From a virus: a DNA stretch of 64,000 nt. The stretch spans positions 1 to 64,000 of the IMG/VR virus record IMGVR_UViG_3300027996_000011, one strand, 5' to 3'. Below the pieces are notes generated by a model. That model made no database searches and had not been told where the DNA came from. It saw only the letters and a program-made list of their open reading frames with translations. This document shows, in pieces, positions 17,751 to 28,446 of the stretch (positions are counted from its first letter, which is position 1; each line of letters begins with the position of its first letter). The position numbers and the translations under genes were made by a program.

Positions 17751-19484
17751 ATGGATAATTTTGCACCTGAGATTAAAGCTAAGAATTTATTAGCTGATTA
17801 TAGTGGGGCCAATAACTATATTATTGGCCTTAAAAATAATATGCTAAACAGTAAAAGTTTTACCCTAACAAAATCCCAAATAGATTATATAAATAAAAAT
17901 AACGTAGAAAAACCTAAAATTGTTAGACTATGGATGGAAATAGACGACTATCTTTCTAAAGAACTTATGTCCACCAAATTTTTACAAAAAAAACCCACCA
18001 CCATCTGGATTGAAAAACTTCTAAGTGAAACCGATAAAGCTTATCATGTTTGGGGTAAGATTTTAGAATCTGAATCTTTGTCATCCTTTTGGGTCCCTAA
18101 GAACCAAATAATACCTAGAGCTAATCCGGATGTTAGTGTTGATTTTGGTGAGTTTTCCCACAGACCACCTTTTGAGCATCAGGAAATAGCGGTTATAAAA
18201 CTAGTATCCAATAAAAAATATATATTAGCTGACGATATGGGGTTAGGTAAAACTAGTTCTGCTATTATGGCAACTATTAGTCTTAAATTAAAAAAAGTAT
18301 TAATAATATGTCCAGCTTCATTAAAGGTTAACTGGAAAAGGGAAATAGAAAATTATAGTAGTAGTAAGGTTGGTATTGTGGAAGGTAAGAAGTGGGAAGA
18401 TGGAAAATACGTTATTATAAATTATGATATATTAAAAAATTTTCATTCATTACCTAAGGATTCTAATAAAAAGACTACAATATTAGACTCGAAGTTTGAT
18501 TTGGTCATAATAGATGAAGCACACTATGTATCCAATGGTAAAGCTCAAAGAACTAAATTAGTTAATAACCTTACTAGTAAGATTGGTAGGTTATGGTTAT
18601 TATCCGGAACTCCAATGACTTCTAGACCTATGAATTATTACAATTTATTAAAGTTGGTTGGTTCTAGAGTAGCTAATAACTGGATTAGTTATGTTAGAAG
18701 GTATTGTGATGGTAAACAAATTTTTAGGGGTTATAGAAAAATATGGTTAACTTTTGGGGCTACGAATTTGGAGGAGCTTAGGGATAAAACTAATGATAGG
18801 GTGTTACGTCGATTAAAAGAGGATGTATTAGATTTACCAGATAAAATAATTACCCCAATTCACATGGAACTTAAATCAAAGACATATGAAGATGAAATGG
18901 GTGAGTATTTAGACTGGCGTAGACAAAATAAAAATAGGGGTCTTTCCATACAACTGTCTAAGTTGATGAAGGTGAGACAAATAATAGCTATAGAAAAGGT
19001 TAAGGAAACCATACAACTAATAGAACAATGTTTACAACAAGATAAAAAAGTTATTGTGTTTACTAATTTTACGGAACCCTTAATGACCCTACACGAAAAA
19101 TATAAAAAAGAATCAGTAATTCTTAATGGGACAATGAAAAAAGAAGACCGACAAAAAAGTGTGGATAGATTTCAGAATGACGACAATGTTAAGGTTTTTA
19201 TTGGTAATGTTAAGGCCGCTGGTGTAGGAATTACCTTAACTGCGGCAGAGGTTGTAATATTCAACGACCTGTCTTTTGTTCCATCCGATATGTCTCAATG
19301 TGAAGACAGAGCATTTAGAATTGGACAAGATAAAAAAGTTTCTTGTATGTATCCAATTTATGATAATACTATAGAAAGAACTATATACGAATTGGTTAAT
19401 AAAAAGAAATCAGTAATAGATACAGTAATGGGTGATAATATTAATGAGGAAGATATTCTAGGAGAAATTTTATTAGGTTTGTAA
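17751..19484 (+). CDS. SNF2-family (HARP/SMARCAL1-like) helicase
   Basis: LADDMGLGKT, ICPASLKVNW, IIDEAH, LSGTP, AAGVGITLT, QCEDRAFRIGQ. Confidence 0.92.
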   Translation: MDNFAPEIKAKNLLADYSGANNYIIGLKNNMLNSKSFTLTKSQIDYINKNNVEKPKIVRLWMEIDDYLSKELMSTKFLQKKPTTIWIEKLLSETDKAYHVWGKILESESLSSFWVPKNQIIPRANPDVSVDFGEFSHRPPFEHQEIAVIKLVSNKKYILADDMGLGKTSSAIMATISLKLKKVLIICPASLKVNWKREIENYSSSKVGIVEGKKWEDGKYVIINYDILKNFHSLPKDSNKKTTILDSKFDLVIIDEAHYVSNGKAQRTKLVNNLTSKIGRLWLLSGTPMTSRPMNYYNLLKLVGSRVANNWISYVRRYCDGKQIFRGYRKIWLTFGATNLEELRDKTNDRVLRRLKEDVLDLPDKIITPIHMELKSKTYEDEMGEYLDWRRQNKNRGLSIQLSKLMKVRQIIAIEKVKETIQLIEQCLQQDKKVIVFTNFTEPLMTLHEKYKKESVILNGTMKKEDRQKSVDRFQNDDNVKVFIGNVKAAGVGITLTAAEVVIFNDLSFVPSDMSQCEDRAFRIGQDKKVSCMYPIYDNTIERTIYELVNKKKSVIDTVMGDNINEEDILGEILLGL

Positions 19485-19523
19485 AAAGCCACTTTTACTT
19501 ATATTTATATAGAAACAATTGTT

Positions 19524-19934
19524 ATGAATAAAAAAGAATATAGTAAAAAACAACTTAAAAAAAAACTAGGTATGTTAACAGAATCTAAATCAGATATTAA
19601 ATCAGAACTAAAAAAAGCGTATAAAGCGTTAAAGTCTTTAAAATCTTTACTAGTGGGACATAGAAGTGGTGAAGACACTTTAAGTTTTAGTGATTTAAAA
19701 AAAATTAAAACCGCAGCTAGACATATAGAAGATATATATGAAGATATGGTGGATAGTGAAATGACTGAAAAAGATAAAGAACAGGAAAGGGAGGTTGAGA
19801 AGAAAAACGAACAATCCGAAGGTCATGGAAATATGTACAACGCTTTGTCTGGTATTAAAGAAGGTAAAGTAATTAAGATTAATGAAAATACATTAAAAAA
19901 AATTGTAAATAGGGTAATTAAGGAACAAAAATAA
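19524..19934 (+). CDS. Hypothetical late protein with C-terminal IKINE...VIKEQ motif
   Basis: 136-aa ORF with its own late motif (19502-19509) and terminator. Confidence 0.7.
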   Translation: MNKKEYSKKQLKKKLGMLTESKSDIKSELKKAYKALKSLKSLLVGHRSGEDTLSFSDLKKIKTAARHIEDIYEDMVDSEMTEKDKEQEREVEKKNEQSEGHGNMYNALSGIKEGKVIKINENTLKKIVNRVIKEQK

Positions 19935-19956
19935 TTATTTACACCTATATTTTACT

Positions 19957-19980
19957 AAAGGCCCTAACAGGGCCTTTTTT
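19957..19980 (+). terminator. Rho-independent terminator
   Basis: AAAGGCCCT-AAC-AGGGCCTTTTTT. Confidence 0.8.
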
Positions 19981-20019
19981 AATGCCAACTTCCAAGTATT
20001 TATATAAAAAGGATATATT

Positions 20020-21144
20020 ATGCCAGCAACAATAGACCCAGCAAAAAGAGATAAATTATTTACACAAGTAAAACACTTGTTAGGAGCTCCACTTAGAGGT
20101 GTGGAGTTAGAGGATGAAATGTTGGATACTGCGTTGGAAATTGCTATACTAGACTATGGTCAGTATGTTCAGGATTGGTTAATTGAGAATCAATGGTCTT
20201 CTATATACGGACAAGACATGGATGTTATATCTTTAACCAATGCATTTTTAACTAGGGATTTAGACTTTGAAACTTCTTTTACCTATGCCTACTCTAAAAT
20301 TGTTGGGTTGCAAGCTGGTGGACCATACCAACTTAAACAAGACTACGTTTCCCTAAGTGCTGGAACCCAAATATATGAAATACCAGCTGGTAGAGAAATT
20401 AATGAAATTATGTGGTTTTCTAGAGCTGAACTTAACGAAGCTTTTATTGACCCATTTTTAGGTGCTTTCGGTGGTGGAGGTATGGGTATGGGTGGTGGTA
20501 TGGCCCAAATGGGGATACAGGGTTCTTATTTTATGATGCCTGCTTTTGATGTTATGTTAAGAATGCAAGATAGAAATTTAAAGAATAGACTGATTGGTGG
20601 TGACTTAAGTTATCGAATTACCGCTGGTGCTGGTGGTGTTCATGGACCAAAGTATTTACACCTTTATAATGTTCCAGGTGGTAGATTTGATTTTGGTGAT
20701 ATTATGTATAATCAAGAAAGAGTATGGTACTGGTACTACGACTCTGGACCAGCTAATAGGGATGATTGTTTAGATGCTAATAAAGATATTATTTTATTGC
20801 CTAGTGATGTTGATTTGGAGGAAATGACGTACACTCGTCTTAACCCCCCAGCACAAGCTTGGGTTAGAAGATACTTTTTTGCTAAAGCTAAGGAAATGTT
20901 AGGTAGAGTTAGGGGTAAATTTAGTGGTAACCTTAAAACACCTGACTCTGAATTAACTATGGAATATAGTGATTTATTAAGTGAGTCTAAGGATGAAGTG
21001 TCTAAATTAATAGAAGAGTTAATGACGAGATTAGAAAGACTAAGAAATGATAAAATGTTAGAAAGAAAAGCTTTAGAAGCTGAAAACCTAAATAAATCAT
21101 TGGGGTACCGACCTGTTAACCCTGGTTCTATATTCGTTATATAA
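20020..21144 (+). CDS. Neck/head-tail adaptor protein, T4 gp13-like
   Basis: VKHLLGAPLRGVELEDEML...AWVRRYFFAKAKEMLGRVRGKF, typical of gp13-like proteins. Confidence 0.8.
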   Translation: MPATIDPAKRDKLFTQVKHLLGAPLRGVELEDEMLDTALEIAILDYGQYVQDWLIENQWSSIYGQDMDVISLTNAFLTRDLDFETSFTYAYSKIVGLQAGGPYQLKQDYVSLSAGTQIYEIPAGREINEIMWFSRAELNEAFIDPFLGAFGGGGMGMGGGMAQMGIQGSYFMMPAFDVMLRMQDRNLKNRLIGGDLSYRITAGAGGVHGPKYLHLYNVPGGRFDFGDIMYNQERVWYWYYDSGPANRDDCLDANKDIILLPSDVDLEEMTYTRLNPPAQAWVRRYFFAKAKEMLGRVRGKFSGNLKTPDSELTMEYSDLLSESKDEVSKLIEELMTRLERLRNDKMLERKALEAENLNKSLGYRPVNPGSIFVI

Positions 21145-21145
21145 T

Positions 21146-22177
21146 ATGGCTTTTTTCACTAAAGTAGATTACTCAAGACAACTAATACAAAAATCAGATA
21201 CTATTGCTAGATTTTCTGGGTCTACCTTAGTTGAGCAGGACTTTAATGTTTATTCTGGGATTACTGGTGACGGGTCTTTTATGGTTTATAAACCAGCTGA
21301 TTGGTATGAGCAAGGTGGTGCCTCTTGTGGGTGTAGTGCTTGTACCACAGGTTATACTTTTGTTGTTGGTCATTATTCAGCTACTTCAGCGTCTTGTAAT
21401 GTTACTGTTACCGCTTTTTCAGCTGTTACTGGTATGTCATCCGTAATAGCACTAAACCAAGTTCCTATGCAAATACTAAGTGGAGAAACTAGTAATCCGG
21501 GTATTAGTGCTAGTACTTTACAAATAAATAAATTAGGGTTAGTTGACGCAAATCTAATGAGTGGTGTCGTCGATTTACAACTAGATGAAGATGGTAATGT
21601 TGTAAAAGGGGCTTCGTCATCTATGAGGTATAAACAAGAATTAAGAAAAATACCAGAAACACACTACAAAAAACTATTAGATTTAGATAGTTACTTTTTT
21701 AGGTACGTACAAAATGGGGTCGATAGTTTTGGTTTAATGGCTGAAGATTTACATGAATTAGGGTATAAAGAACTGGTAATATATGATGGTCAAGGAAGGC
21801 CTGACAATATACAATATAAACTTTTATCCGTTTCTTTGTTAAGTTTAATACAAAATTTACATAAAAAAAGTTTAAATGTTTATGATTACAATAAAGAAAC
21901 CGACACCATAACTAAAGTTATAACTGAGGACTACACAACCAACGGAGAACACTTAATAGTTATTAATAGTAAATGTACACTAACACTAAACTCAAATAAG
22001 GACACTAAAATAAAAGTAAAATCACTGTCTGAAGTAACAATTGTTTCTGATGTAGGGAAAATAGATAATAAATGGGACTCTATTAACTTAGATGGTGATA
22101 GTTGTGTTGAGTTGGTTTTTGTTAAAGAGTTGTCTTATTGGGTCATCACTAGTTCAGATGGTTTCAAGAATTCCTAA
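21146..22177 (+). CDS. Fibre-like protein with peptidase S74 (intramolecular chaperone) domain
   Basis: SSMRYKQEL...FGLMAEDL..LG..ELV.YD...PDNIQY..LSV.LL..IQ.L is the S74 pattern. It has an S/T-rich N-terminus and an extra C-terminal domain. Confidence 0.7.
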   Translation: MAFFTKVDYSRQLIQKSDTIARFSGSTLVEQDFNVYSGITGDGSFMVYKPADWYEQGGASCGCSACTTGYTFVVGHYSATSASCNVTVTAFSAVTGMSSVIALNQVPMQILSGETSNPGISASTLQINKLGLVDANLMSGVVDLQLDEDGNVVKGASSSMRYKQELRKIPETHYKKLLDLDSYFFRYVQNGVDSFGLMAEDLHELGYKELVIYDGQGRPDNIQYKLLSVSLLSLIQNLHKKSLNVYDYNKETDTITKVITEDYTTNGEHLIVINSKCTLTLNSNKDTKIKVKSLSEVTIVSDVGKIDNKWDSINLDGDSCVELVFVKELSYWVITSSDGFKNS

Positions 22178-24874
22178 ATCCTCCATAAAAGAATTTTCAC
22201 TTAACTCCATTTTTTTCCAGTAAATTTTTTCTTCTGGTGATAATGTAAGTATTTCTTCTAAAGAATCTTGGTCACCATCTTTTCTAGGTATTCCGTGTAT
22301 TAATTCACATTGGGAATTAGTATAATATTCTCTATCTTCTGGTTTCTTTTTTATTAAACTATTTCTAACTTCTGGTTTAAAACAAACTAGTAAAGGCTCA
22401 ACTCTTTTATTAAACGTATTTATATATCTTGGTACGTTATACTCACCTTTCATACCATTTTCTAAATCATTTTCTGATATTAGATAAGAGTTTAGTACTA
22501 TTTCTTCAGTACCGTCTTTTTTCTTTTTTCTCTGAACATCACCGTGAGACATAGCTTTACCATTATTAACGTAATAAATTGTATCCCCTAAAGAAACTTG
22601 TACATTATTAGCTATAACCAACTCCATGTGTGCTTGCCTAGCCATCAAACTACCAGACTTAGTTCTTTGTTTACATCTTTTTTTATAAGACTCTATAGTT
22701 TGTTTAATTCTGGACTTATTAGCTATTTTTGCTAATAGTATGTCCCTCTGATATATTTTATCTAAATACTCATAGTAATACTCAACAAAATCACCGCCCT
22801 TACCCTCTAGTAACATTCGTAAACCTTTATCAATAAAAGTCTCTAAATAACCTTGAATTTTTTTAGATTTAATTGAGTTACCTGTTAGTTTTACAGTACC
22901 GTCTACCATTAGTAAAGCGTAGTTTTTTCTTGCGACATTAATACATGAAGGCCATTGTCCGTCAGTATCTAAACCCATTTCACCCCTCATAAATAAATCA
23001 TTATATTCGGCAACATCAGCTTCACTCCCTAAATACTTTTTATCTTTAGTAACTAACTCATTTTTACCCAATCCTACATACGACCTATCCTCAACATCTA
23101 AAGGACAAGAAAAGTTAACTCCGTCAGTGTCCATAACTAAAGGGTCATAACCTTTGTTCATAAAAAATCTTACCATTTGTCTTAGGTATTGTCTAGCTGT
23201 ACAAGTTATCTTTTCCCCCATATTCATATCACCCCAAGGAAATACTTGTGGAGCTGATAAAGAACCAAACATAGAATTAATAAATATTTTTATGGGTAAT
23301 TGTTTCCTACCAAAAGACTCCGACTTCTTTTTATCACTACCGTAATATTCGGAAGCTAAATTTTTATATCTAATTCTAGTATCTCTAAAATATTTTAACA
23401 TCCCTTTCATAGCGTCAGTAATGTCGCACTCTGGGAAAACATTATGTACAAGTTGTATCGATGGGTAAAGTGAACTAAAGTCTAACTTTAATACATTTGT
23501 TGAGTATCCGGTTTTAACTAATCTAGATAACCCACCAACAAAAGGTCTTTTAGAGTCTTTTGCTGGGACAGATAGCCTTTTATGGTATGACCAAGCTAAC
23601 ATTAACATTTTCCAAAGTGTAGCTGTCCCCATTGTGGATACTCTTTCATAAGAGGTTGGTACCATACTTGCCAATAAGAATGAACCTTGGTTAAATTGTT
23701 CGTCCACTTCCATAGTCTCCCATAAGTCATCCATTAGATATTGCTCAACTATTTTAGCTCCACCAACTTTTTTATAAACATCAGGGAACTTTTTATCTAT
23801 ATCAAATAAACCTTCAGAGCCAACCGGTTTATATTTTCCATTATCTATATTTAAATAAAACTCTTTATTCTCCCTATGTGTTGAGGCTATCTTATCCCCC
23901 TCCACATACACTCGGTTAGGTTTTTCTGACTTGGCAAACTTGGTTATATACTTTAGTCCCCAACTTTTTATTTCTGAATTAATTGTTTGTGCACGTCTTA
24001 CCGAATGTGCAATATCTAACGAATTACATCCCCATATCTTTATTTGTTGGTAGTCTTCGATTTCAGCTCCCAATTTTAAAACACTATCCTTAAATTTATA
24101 CCCTTCATTTGGGTTTAGGGTTTTGAACTTAGTAGTGTCCATTTGTAATATTTCTGCACGTTTAAATAGCCAATTCCAATCAAAATTAGATGAATTGTAC
24201 CCACCTATTATGCTGGGTTGTATTTCTTGTATAGTTTCAAAAAATTTATATATTGCCTCAGATTCTTCTAAGTCATTTTCCCCAATTTCTATTACTTTCT
24301 CAAAACCTCTATTGTCCTTCATACCAATCATGAAAATTCTTCCATCTTCTGGATTTAAGGATGTAGTTTCTAAATCAAAAACAAATCTGTGTATGTCATC
24401 GTAAGCTTCAAAACCTTTAAATAATCTTTTTTCTTTTTGTACTAGATATTGTTCTATAGGTGGTAAAATCATTATAGCGTCTCTATTATCTTCACCCCAA
24501 GGATTTAGACCACCTTGTTTAAAAAAGCTTACTAAATCTCTATAAGTTTTTGTTGTTTTTATTAAATAAGTTAAACCGTTATTTAATCTTACATCGTCAC
24601 CAGAATGTAACTTTTCTATTAGTATTCCGTACTTACTTATAGCTTCTTTTTGTGATTGCTTACTTCCACGATAAAAATTCTTTTTACTCAAGTCCCCAAC
24701 CCAACAGAAAGGTATGAATGTATCTGTTTCTATAACCTTACCTTTATCCGGGTATTCTTTTATCTTATAGATTTTACTACTTCTCCAACCATATTCTAAG
24801 GCTACAATGTATTTTTCTGGGTCATTACCCAATAAAAATTGTTCTATCTCCTCAGGAGTAGCTTTTTCCACCAT
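22154..24874 (-). CDS. polB: DNA polymerase family B
   Basis: Exonuclease motifs FDLETT and GYNSSNFDW; polymerase motifs DFSSLYPS, KIFINSMFG and MDTDG. The start is probably ATG 24874 (or 24898) because the promoter overlaps the annotated GTG at 24910. Confidence 0.93.
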   Translation of the reverse strand: MVEKATPEEIEQFLLGNDPEKYIVALEYGWRSSKIYKIKEYPDKGKVIETDTFIPFCWVGDLSKKNFYRGSKQSQKEAISKYGILIEKLHSGDDVRLNNGLTYLIKTTKTYRDLVSFFKQGGLNPWGEDNRDAIMILPPIEQYLVQKEKRLFKGFEAYDDIHRFVFDLETTSLNPEDGRIFMIGMKDNRGFEKVIEIGENDLEESEAIYKFFETIQEIQPSIIGGYNSSNFDWNWLFKRAEILQMDTTKFKTLNPNEGYKFKDSVLKLGAEIEDYQQIKIWGCNSLDIAHSVRRAQTINSEIKSWGLKYITKFAKSEKPNRVYVEGDKIASTHRENKEFYLNIDNGKYKPVGSEGLFDIDKKFPDVYKKVGGAKIVEQYLMDDLWETMEVDEQFNQGSFLLASMVPTSYERVSTMGTATLWKMLMLAWSYHKRLSVPAKDSKRPFVGGLSRLVKTGYSTNVLKLDFSSLYPSIQLVHNVFPECDITDAMKGMLKYFRDTRIRYKNLASEYYGSDKKKSESFGRKQLPIKIFINSMFGSLSAPQVFPWGDMNMGEKITCTARQYLRQMVRFFMNKGYDPLVMDTDGVNFSCPLDVEDRSYVGLGKNELVTKDKKYLGSEADVAEYNDLFMRGEMGLDTDGQWPSCINVARKNYALLMVDGTVKLTGNSIKSKKIQGYLETFIDKGLRMLLEGKGGDFVEYYYEYLDKIYQRDILLAKIANKSRIKQTIESYKKRCKQRTKSGSLMARQAHMELVIANNVQVSLGDTIYYVNNGKAMSHGDVQRKKKKDGTEEIVLNSYLISENDLENGMKGEYNVPRYINTFNKRVEPLLVCFKPEVRNSLIKKKPEDREYYTNSQCELIHGIPRKDGDQDSLEEILTLSPEEKIYWKKMELSENSFMEDLGILETI

Positions 24875-24909
24875 ATTATTTTTGTTTAATTCTTGCATGT
24901 GATTACACA

Positions 24910-24940
24910 CAAAGATAAGTAAAAAACTTTAACTAATCAA
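24910..24940 (-). promoter_or_regulatory. Bacteroidota sigmaA-type promoter for DNA polymerase
   Basis: Minus strand reads TTG-N20-TATCTTTG. Confidence 0.75.
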
Positions 24941-24945
24941 TAAAA

Positions 24946-25326
24946 TTAACAAGGTGATTTAACAAATGAATCACTAATGTTAATATATAAATTTTCTCTA
25001 ATAGGAGCTATTAGTTCTGTATTGTCATCATGAAAATATATTATAAATTGACCTTCGAATCTACCCGTTTTTTTAACATCTTTTTTTGTCCATTTATAAT
25101 AGATGTAATATTCAATAGGTGAATTTAGTGATGTTGGTTCTTTCGTGACTATACCACCCGCTCTATTTAGTACCCTAGGTATTCCAGTTTCTTCGTCCTT
25201 CATGGAAAAATAGATACTAGAATTACTTAATTTGTCATGAAAATGCCTAAAGTCATTTCTTCCATCTTGCACTAATTGCATTTTAAGTATTGGTTCTATT
25301 GAGTCTTTTCTGATAAAAAATTCCAT
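24946..25326 (-). CDS. BppU-N-like Ig-fold structural protein
   Basis: FFIRKDSIEPILKMQL...IYYKWTKKDVKKTGRFEGQFIIYF pattern; late motif at 25339-25346. Confidence 0.55.
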   Translation of the reverse strand: MEFFIRKDSIEPILKMQLVQDGRNDFRHFHDKLSNSSIYFSMKDEETGIPRVLNRAGGIVTKEPTSLNSPIEYYIYYKWTKKDVKKTGRFEGQFIIYFHDDNTELIAPIRENLYINISDSFVKSPC

Positions 25327-25357
25327 TATTCTTTTTTATATAAATATAATTAATATG

Positions 25358-27544
25358 TTAACAAGGTGGTGGTAGTGCACCATTTTCTAAATTACAGTCT
25401 ACACACCCATCATAACAATTTTTACACTCTTCACAGTCTATAAGCTTGTATCTACTTTTGTTTATTAAAAAATTGTGATATATTTCATCTGGTGTTAACG
25501 GTTTTATGTAGTACATCATTTGTGAAATACCACCTATAAATGAACCAGCAAAATTTTCCATAATTAGTCTCTGGTCTGTTTCTCCAGACCAATGAATTAG
25601 GGAACTACTACTACCCGTAGTAGCAGAACAACAATCACTAGTACAACCACTCATATCAGTAATTAAACTTTCTCTTAGTCCCATAGCTCCACCACCCCAT
25701 GACATATTATAAGCTACACCTACCTGAGTTTGTTTATTAGTGTTTAGTTGCCTAGGGATTATTTCCTCATAATCTTTTACCTTATGAACCCTTCTACCAT
25801 TAACATAAAAAGTTAATGTACCCATCCTATATTCTTGTTCGTCAAACCAACTTTGTACATTTGCACCGTGACATGTAAAATCAAAGTAAGCCTCATCTAT
25901 AAAAGAAGGGTACTCGTCTTTACAGGTTGGTTTTGGTTCTGAAGGTGTTTCGGGGTGACAACCAAAAGGGCCGGTACTGGTCTCTATGTGTCTTCCATAT
26001 CTTTGGAATTTATCTGTCCTAACCTTAACCAAGTCATTTATACCACCATTATTATATATTTCACAATCTTCTAGACACAAATTCCTTTCAAATACCACAT
26101 CAACCTGTATCCAGTTTGATGTACAATCCCCACTTCGTGTCATAAAAGCACATATAGGTTCAGAATAACTTTCTTCTATAGTATATCCACAATCAAAACT
26201 ACTACCAGTATAGCAGTCAGAGACTACTTCCTGACCTTCAATAGACGTGGTTCTTCCAGTTGTTTGACACCCACCTGTATACCTAATAGTTCTGTAACCA
26301 ATTCTCATATCATCAGTAATCCTAAATCCAATAGCATTACTATATACATCATACTGTGCTGTTGGTGATTTATTTTCACCTGTTAGTTTAACCGGGTCTT
26401 CTAGACTAGCTGTGAACCCTGTTTGTCCCTCACAAATATCACTAACCACCCCTGTTTCAACACAGTCATAACAACAACCAGTATCACCAGTTAAAGTTGT
26501 ACACTCAGAAAAAGCAGAATAAGACATGTCTTCGTGAAACCATTTGTCCTCAGCTCTAATTCCTTTGTAAAAAAAGAAACCATACTTATCTGTCCTACCT
26601 ATGGTCATCCCGGACCCATTCCATGCACTGTAATTAAAAGTGTATTGTGGACCAATTGAATTATATGAATAAGCTGTGGGGTTTGCACTACATAATGGTG
26701 TTATGACACCAGTAGCTCCCATAGTATTCTTATACCAACCACTAGTATTGTAACAATTACCGTAAATACCATATTTTTTTAGCCCATCTTCAATTAATGG
26801 TGAGTCTGGTCCATTAATATCAGTACAAATAGTATTTAATTTAAGGTAAGTTTCGAATGACCACCCACATTTAGGTCTTGTGGGTAATACTTCATAAGGA
26901 TAACCATATAATTTGTAGAATCCTTGGTAGAAACCACCTTTTAATTCTTGGTAGTAACCAGAGTAGTCTGTTTTATCCAATATTGTTGTATCGGTATAAA
27001 AAGTATTACTCCACCAAGGGAACCCGTAGGCTTTTACTTGATGCATTTTAAATCTCTTATCATATGAAAATTTATCGTGTGTTAAAGATGTTGGTAAACT
27101 ATCATATAAATCTATAGAATAAGTTCCTTTACTAACTTCATTCGGGTTAACCAGCCCATTATCGGTACCTGTCCAAATAATATCTCGTATACTATATCCC
27201 GACCCTGTATAAGGGCAATCGCAATTAGATTTAGCGTGTGGCCAAGTATTTTTACTTATAATAACAAAAGGTTTAAAACCACTATCAACATAATAACTAA
27301 CTGTTAGTCCTGTAGGATATTGGTAATTACAATCTGTTATAGGTTGTGTAGAAGCAGTTGTATTTAAATCTATCCATACTGGCAATTTTTCACCATCACC
27401 ATGGTCGATTATTTTTGTTGACCATACGACATCTGTTTTAAAATCTTTTTCATCAGACGCTAAAAAAATATCATAGTAAGAGCTGTAATTCAGTTTACTA
27501 TCTATTTTATTGAAATAAAAATTACTTAAATTTTGTGTTCCCAT
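25358..27544 (-). CDS. Cys-rich virion protein with LamG/concanavalin-like elements
   Basis: WSFETYLK, TLTFYVNGRRV, FIGGISQMMYYIKPLTPDEI; about 31 Cys by hand count; late motif upstream. Confidence 0.6.
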   Translation of the reverse strand: MGTQNLSNFYFNKIDSKLNYSSYYDIFLASDEKDFKTDVVWSTKIIDHGDGEKLPVWIDLNTTASTQPITDCNYQYPTGLTVSYYVDSGFKPFVIISKNTWPHAKSNCDCPYTGSGYSIRDIIWTGTDNGLVNPNEVSKGTYSIDLYDSLPTSLTHDKFSYDKRFKMHQVKAYGFPWWSNTFYTDTTILDKTDYSGYYQELKGGFYQGFYKLYGYPYEVLPTRPKCGWSFETYLKLNTICTDINGPDSPLIEDGLKKYGIYGNCYNTSGWYKNTMGATGVITPLCSANPTAYSYNSIGPQYTFNYSAWNGSGMTIGRTDKYGFFFYKGIRAEDKWFHEDMSYSAFSECTTLTGDTGCCYDCVETGVVSDICEGQTGFTASLEDPVKLTGENKSPTAQYDVYSNAIGFRITDDMRIGYRTIRYTGGCQTTGRTTSIEGQEVVSDCYTGSSFDCGYTIEESYSEPICAFMTRSGDCTSNWIQVDVVFERNLCLEDCEIYNNGGINDLVKVRTDKFQRYGRHIETSTGPFGCHPETPSEPKPTCKDEYPSFIDEAYFDFTCHGANVQSWFDEQEYRMGTLTFYVNGRRVHKVKDYEEIIPRQLNTNKQTQVGVAYNMSWGGGAMGLRESLITDMSGCTSDCCSATTGSSSSLIHWSGETDQRLIMENFAGSFIGGISQMMYYIKPLTPDEIYHNFLINKSRYKLIDCEECKNCYDGCVDCNLENGALPPPC

Positions 27545-27597
27545 ATAATAATAAATACTATTTGATTGGTTTAGATATTTATATATAAACGTAAATA

Positions 27598-28446
27598 ATG
27601 GAAAGAACAGCAGCTATAGAGAAAGTAGTACAAAAACTTAGTACCATAAAAGAGGGTTTATCGACTGGAAAAGATGTTTCTCCTTTAGATTTTTTAATTT
27701 TATCGGAAATTTTTAAATTTAAAATAGAACCTAAATCCGACAGATTTACAGCTATATGTTTGGATGAGGCTTCTAAAACTAGTGATAGAAAAAGACACAT
27801 TAAGATTGTTGATGATATATTAGAACCTGAATTAGAGGAGGAGTCTGGTGAGGAAGAGGTTAATGAGTTAATTGATTTTGACGGGTCTATGCAAAGTAGT
27901 AAAATTCCACCAGGCACCGAAAACGTAAAAACAATGGGTTCTAAAAAAACTACTGATGATGTGGTAAAATCTACTAGGCAAGCTGGTACTTGGAGTGGTG
28001 CGGGACATTATTTTAAAAGATATTATGGAGAATCTATAGAGGAAAATGATTTAAGTGCTACATTAGGTTATGACGAAACACAAGATATGGACGCTGAAGA
28101 AACTATAGAGTACTTTGAGAAAGAACATGAGATGGATAGTATAGAAGCCAAAGAAAGAGCCGAAAGTATGGGTAAGACAGAAAAACTAGATAAGAAAGGT
28201 GAAAACTACCAAAGACTAACAGAAAAAGAAAAACTTAAAAAAATATCAGAAGATAAAGTAAAAAAAATGTTAGAGGTTATTTTAAAAACTAAGTCTGATG
28301 ATGGAGAAATAAGAGAACAATTACCTACAGTGTCATCTACAATAATTGTTAGCTTAATTAAAAAATTAGTTAAATTATTAAAAACTGAGGGTATTAATGA
28401 TGTGGATTCTATGTGTAAAAAAATAAAAGAGTATTGGGATGAATAG
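27598..28446 (+). CDS. Hypothetical late protein (acidic)
   Basis: 282-aa ORF after the late motif at 27576-27583. Confidence 0.7.
   Translation: MERTAAIEKVVQKLSTIKEGLSTGKDVSPLDFLILSEIFKFKIEPKSDRFTAICLDEASKTSDRKRHIKIVDDILEPELEEESGEEEVNELIDFDGSMQSSKIPPGTENVKTMGSKKTTDDVVKSTRQAGTWSGAGHYFKRYYGESIEENDLSATLGYDETQDMDAEETIEYFEKEHEMDSIEAKERAESMGKTEKLDKKGENYQRLTEKEKLKKISEDKVKKMLEVILKTKSDDGEIREQLPTVSSTIIVSLIKKLVKLLKTEGINDVDSMCKKIKEYWDE

Noticed and set aside
22154-24910. Intein or intron in the DNA polymerase or helicase
   Set aside because: Motif spacing and sizes are normal; no splice or homing-endonuclease motifs were seen.
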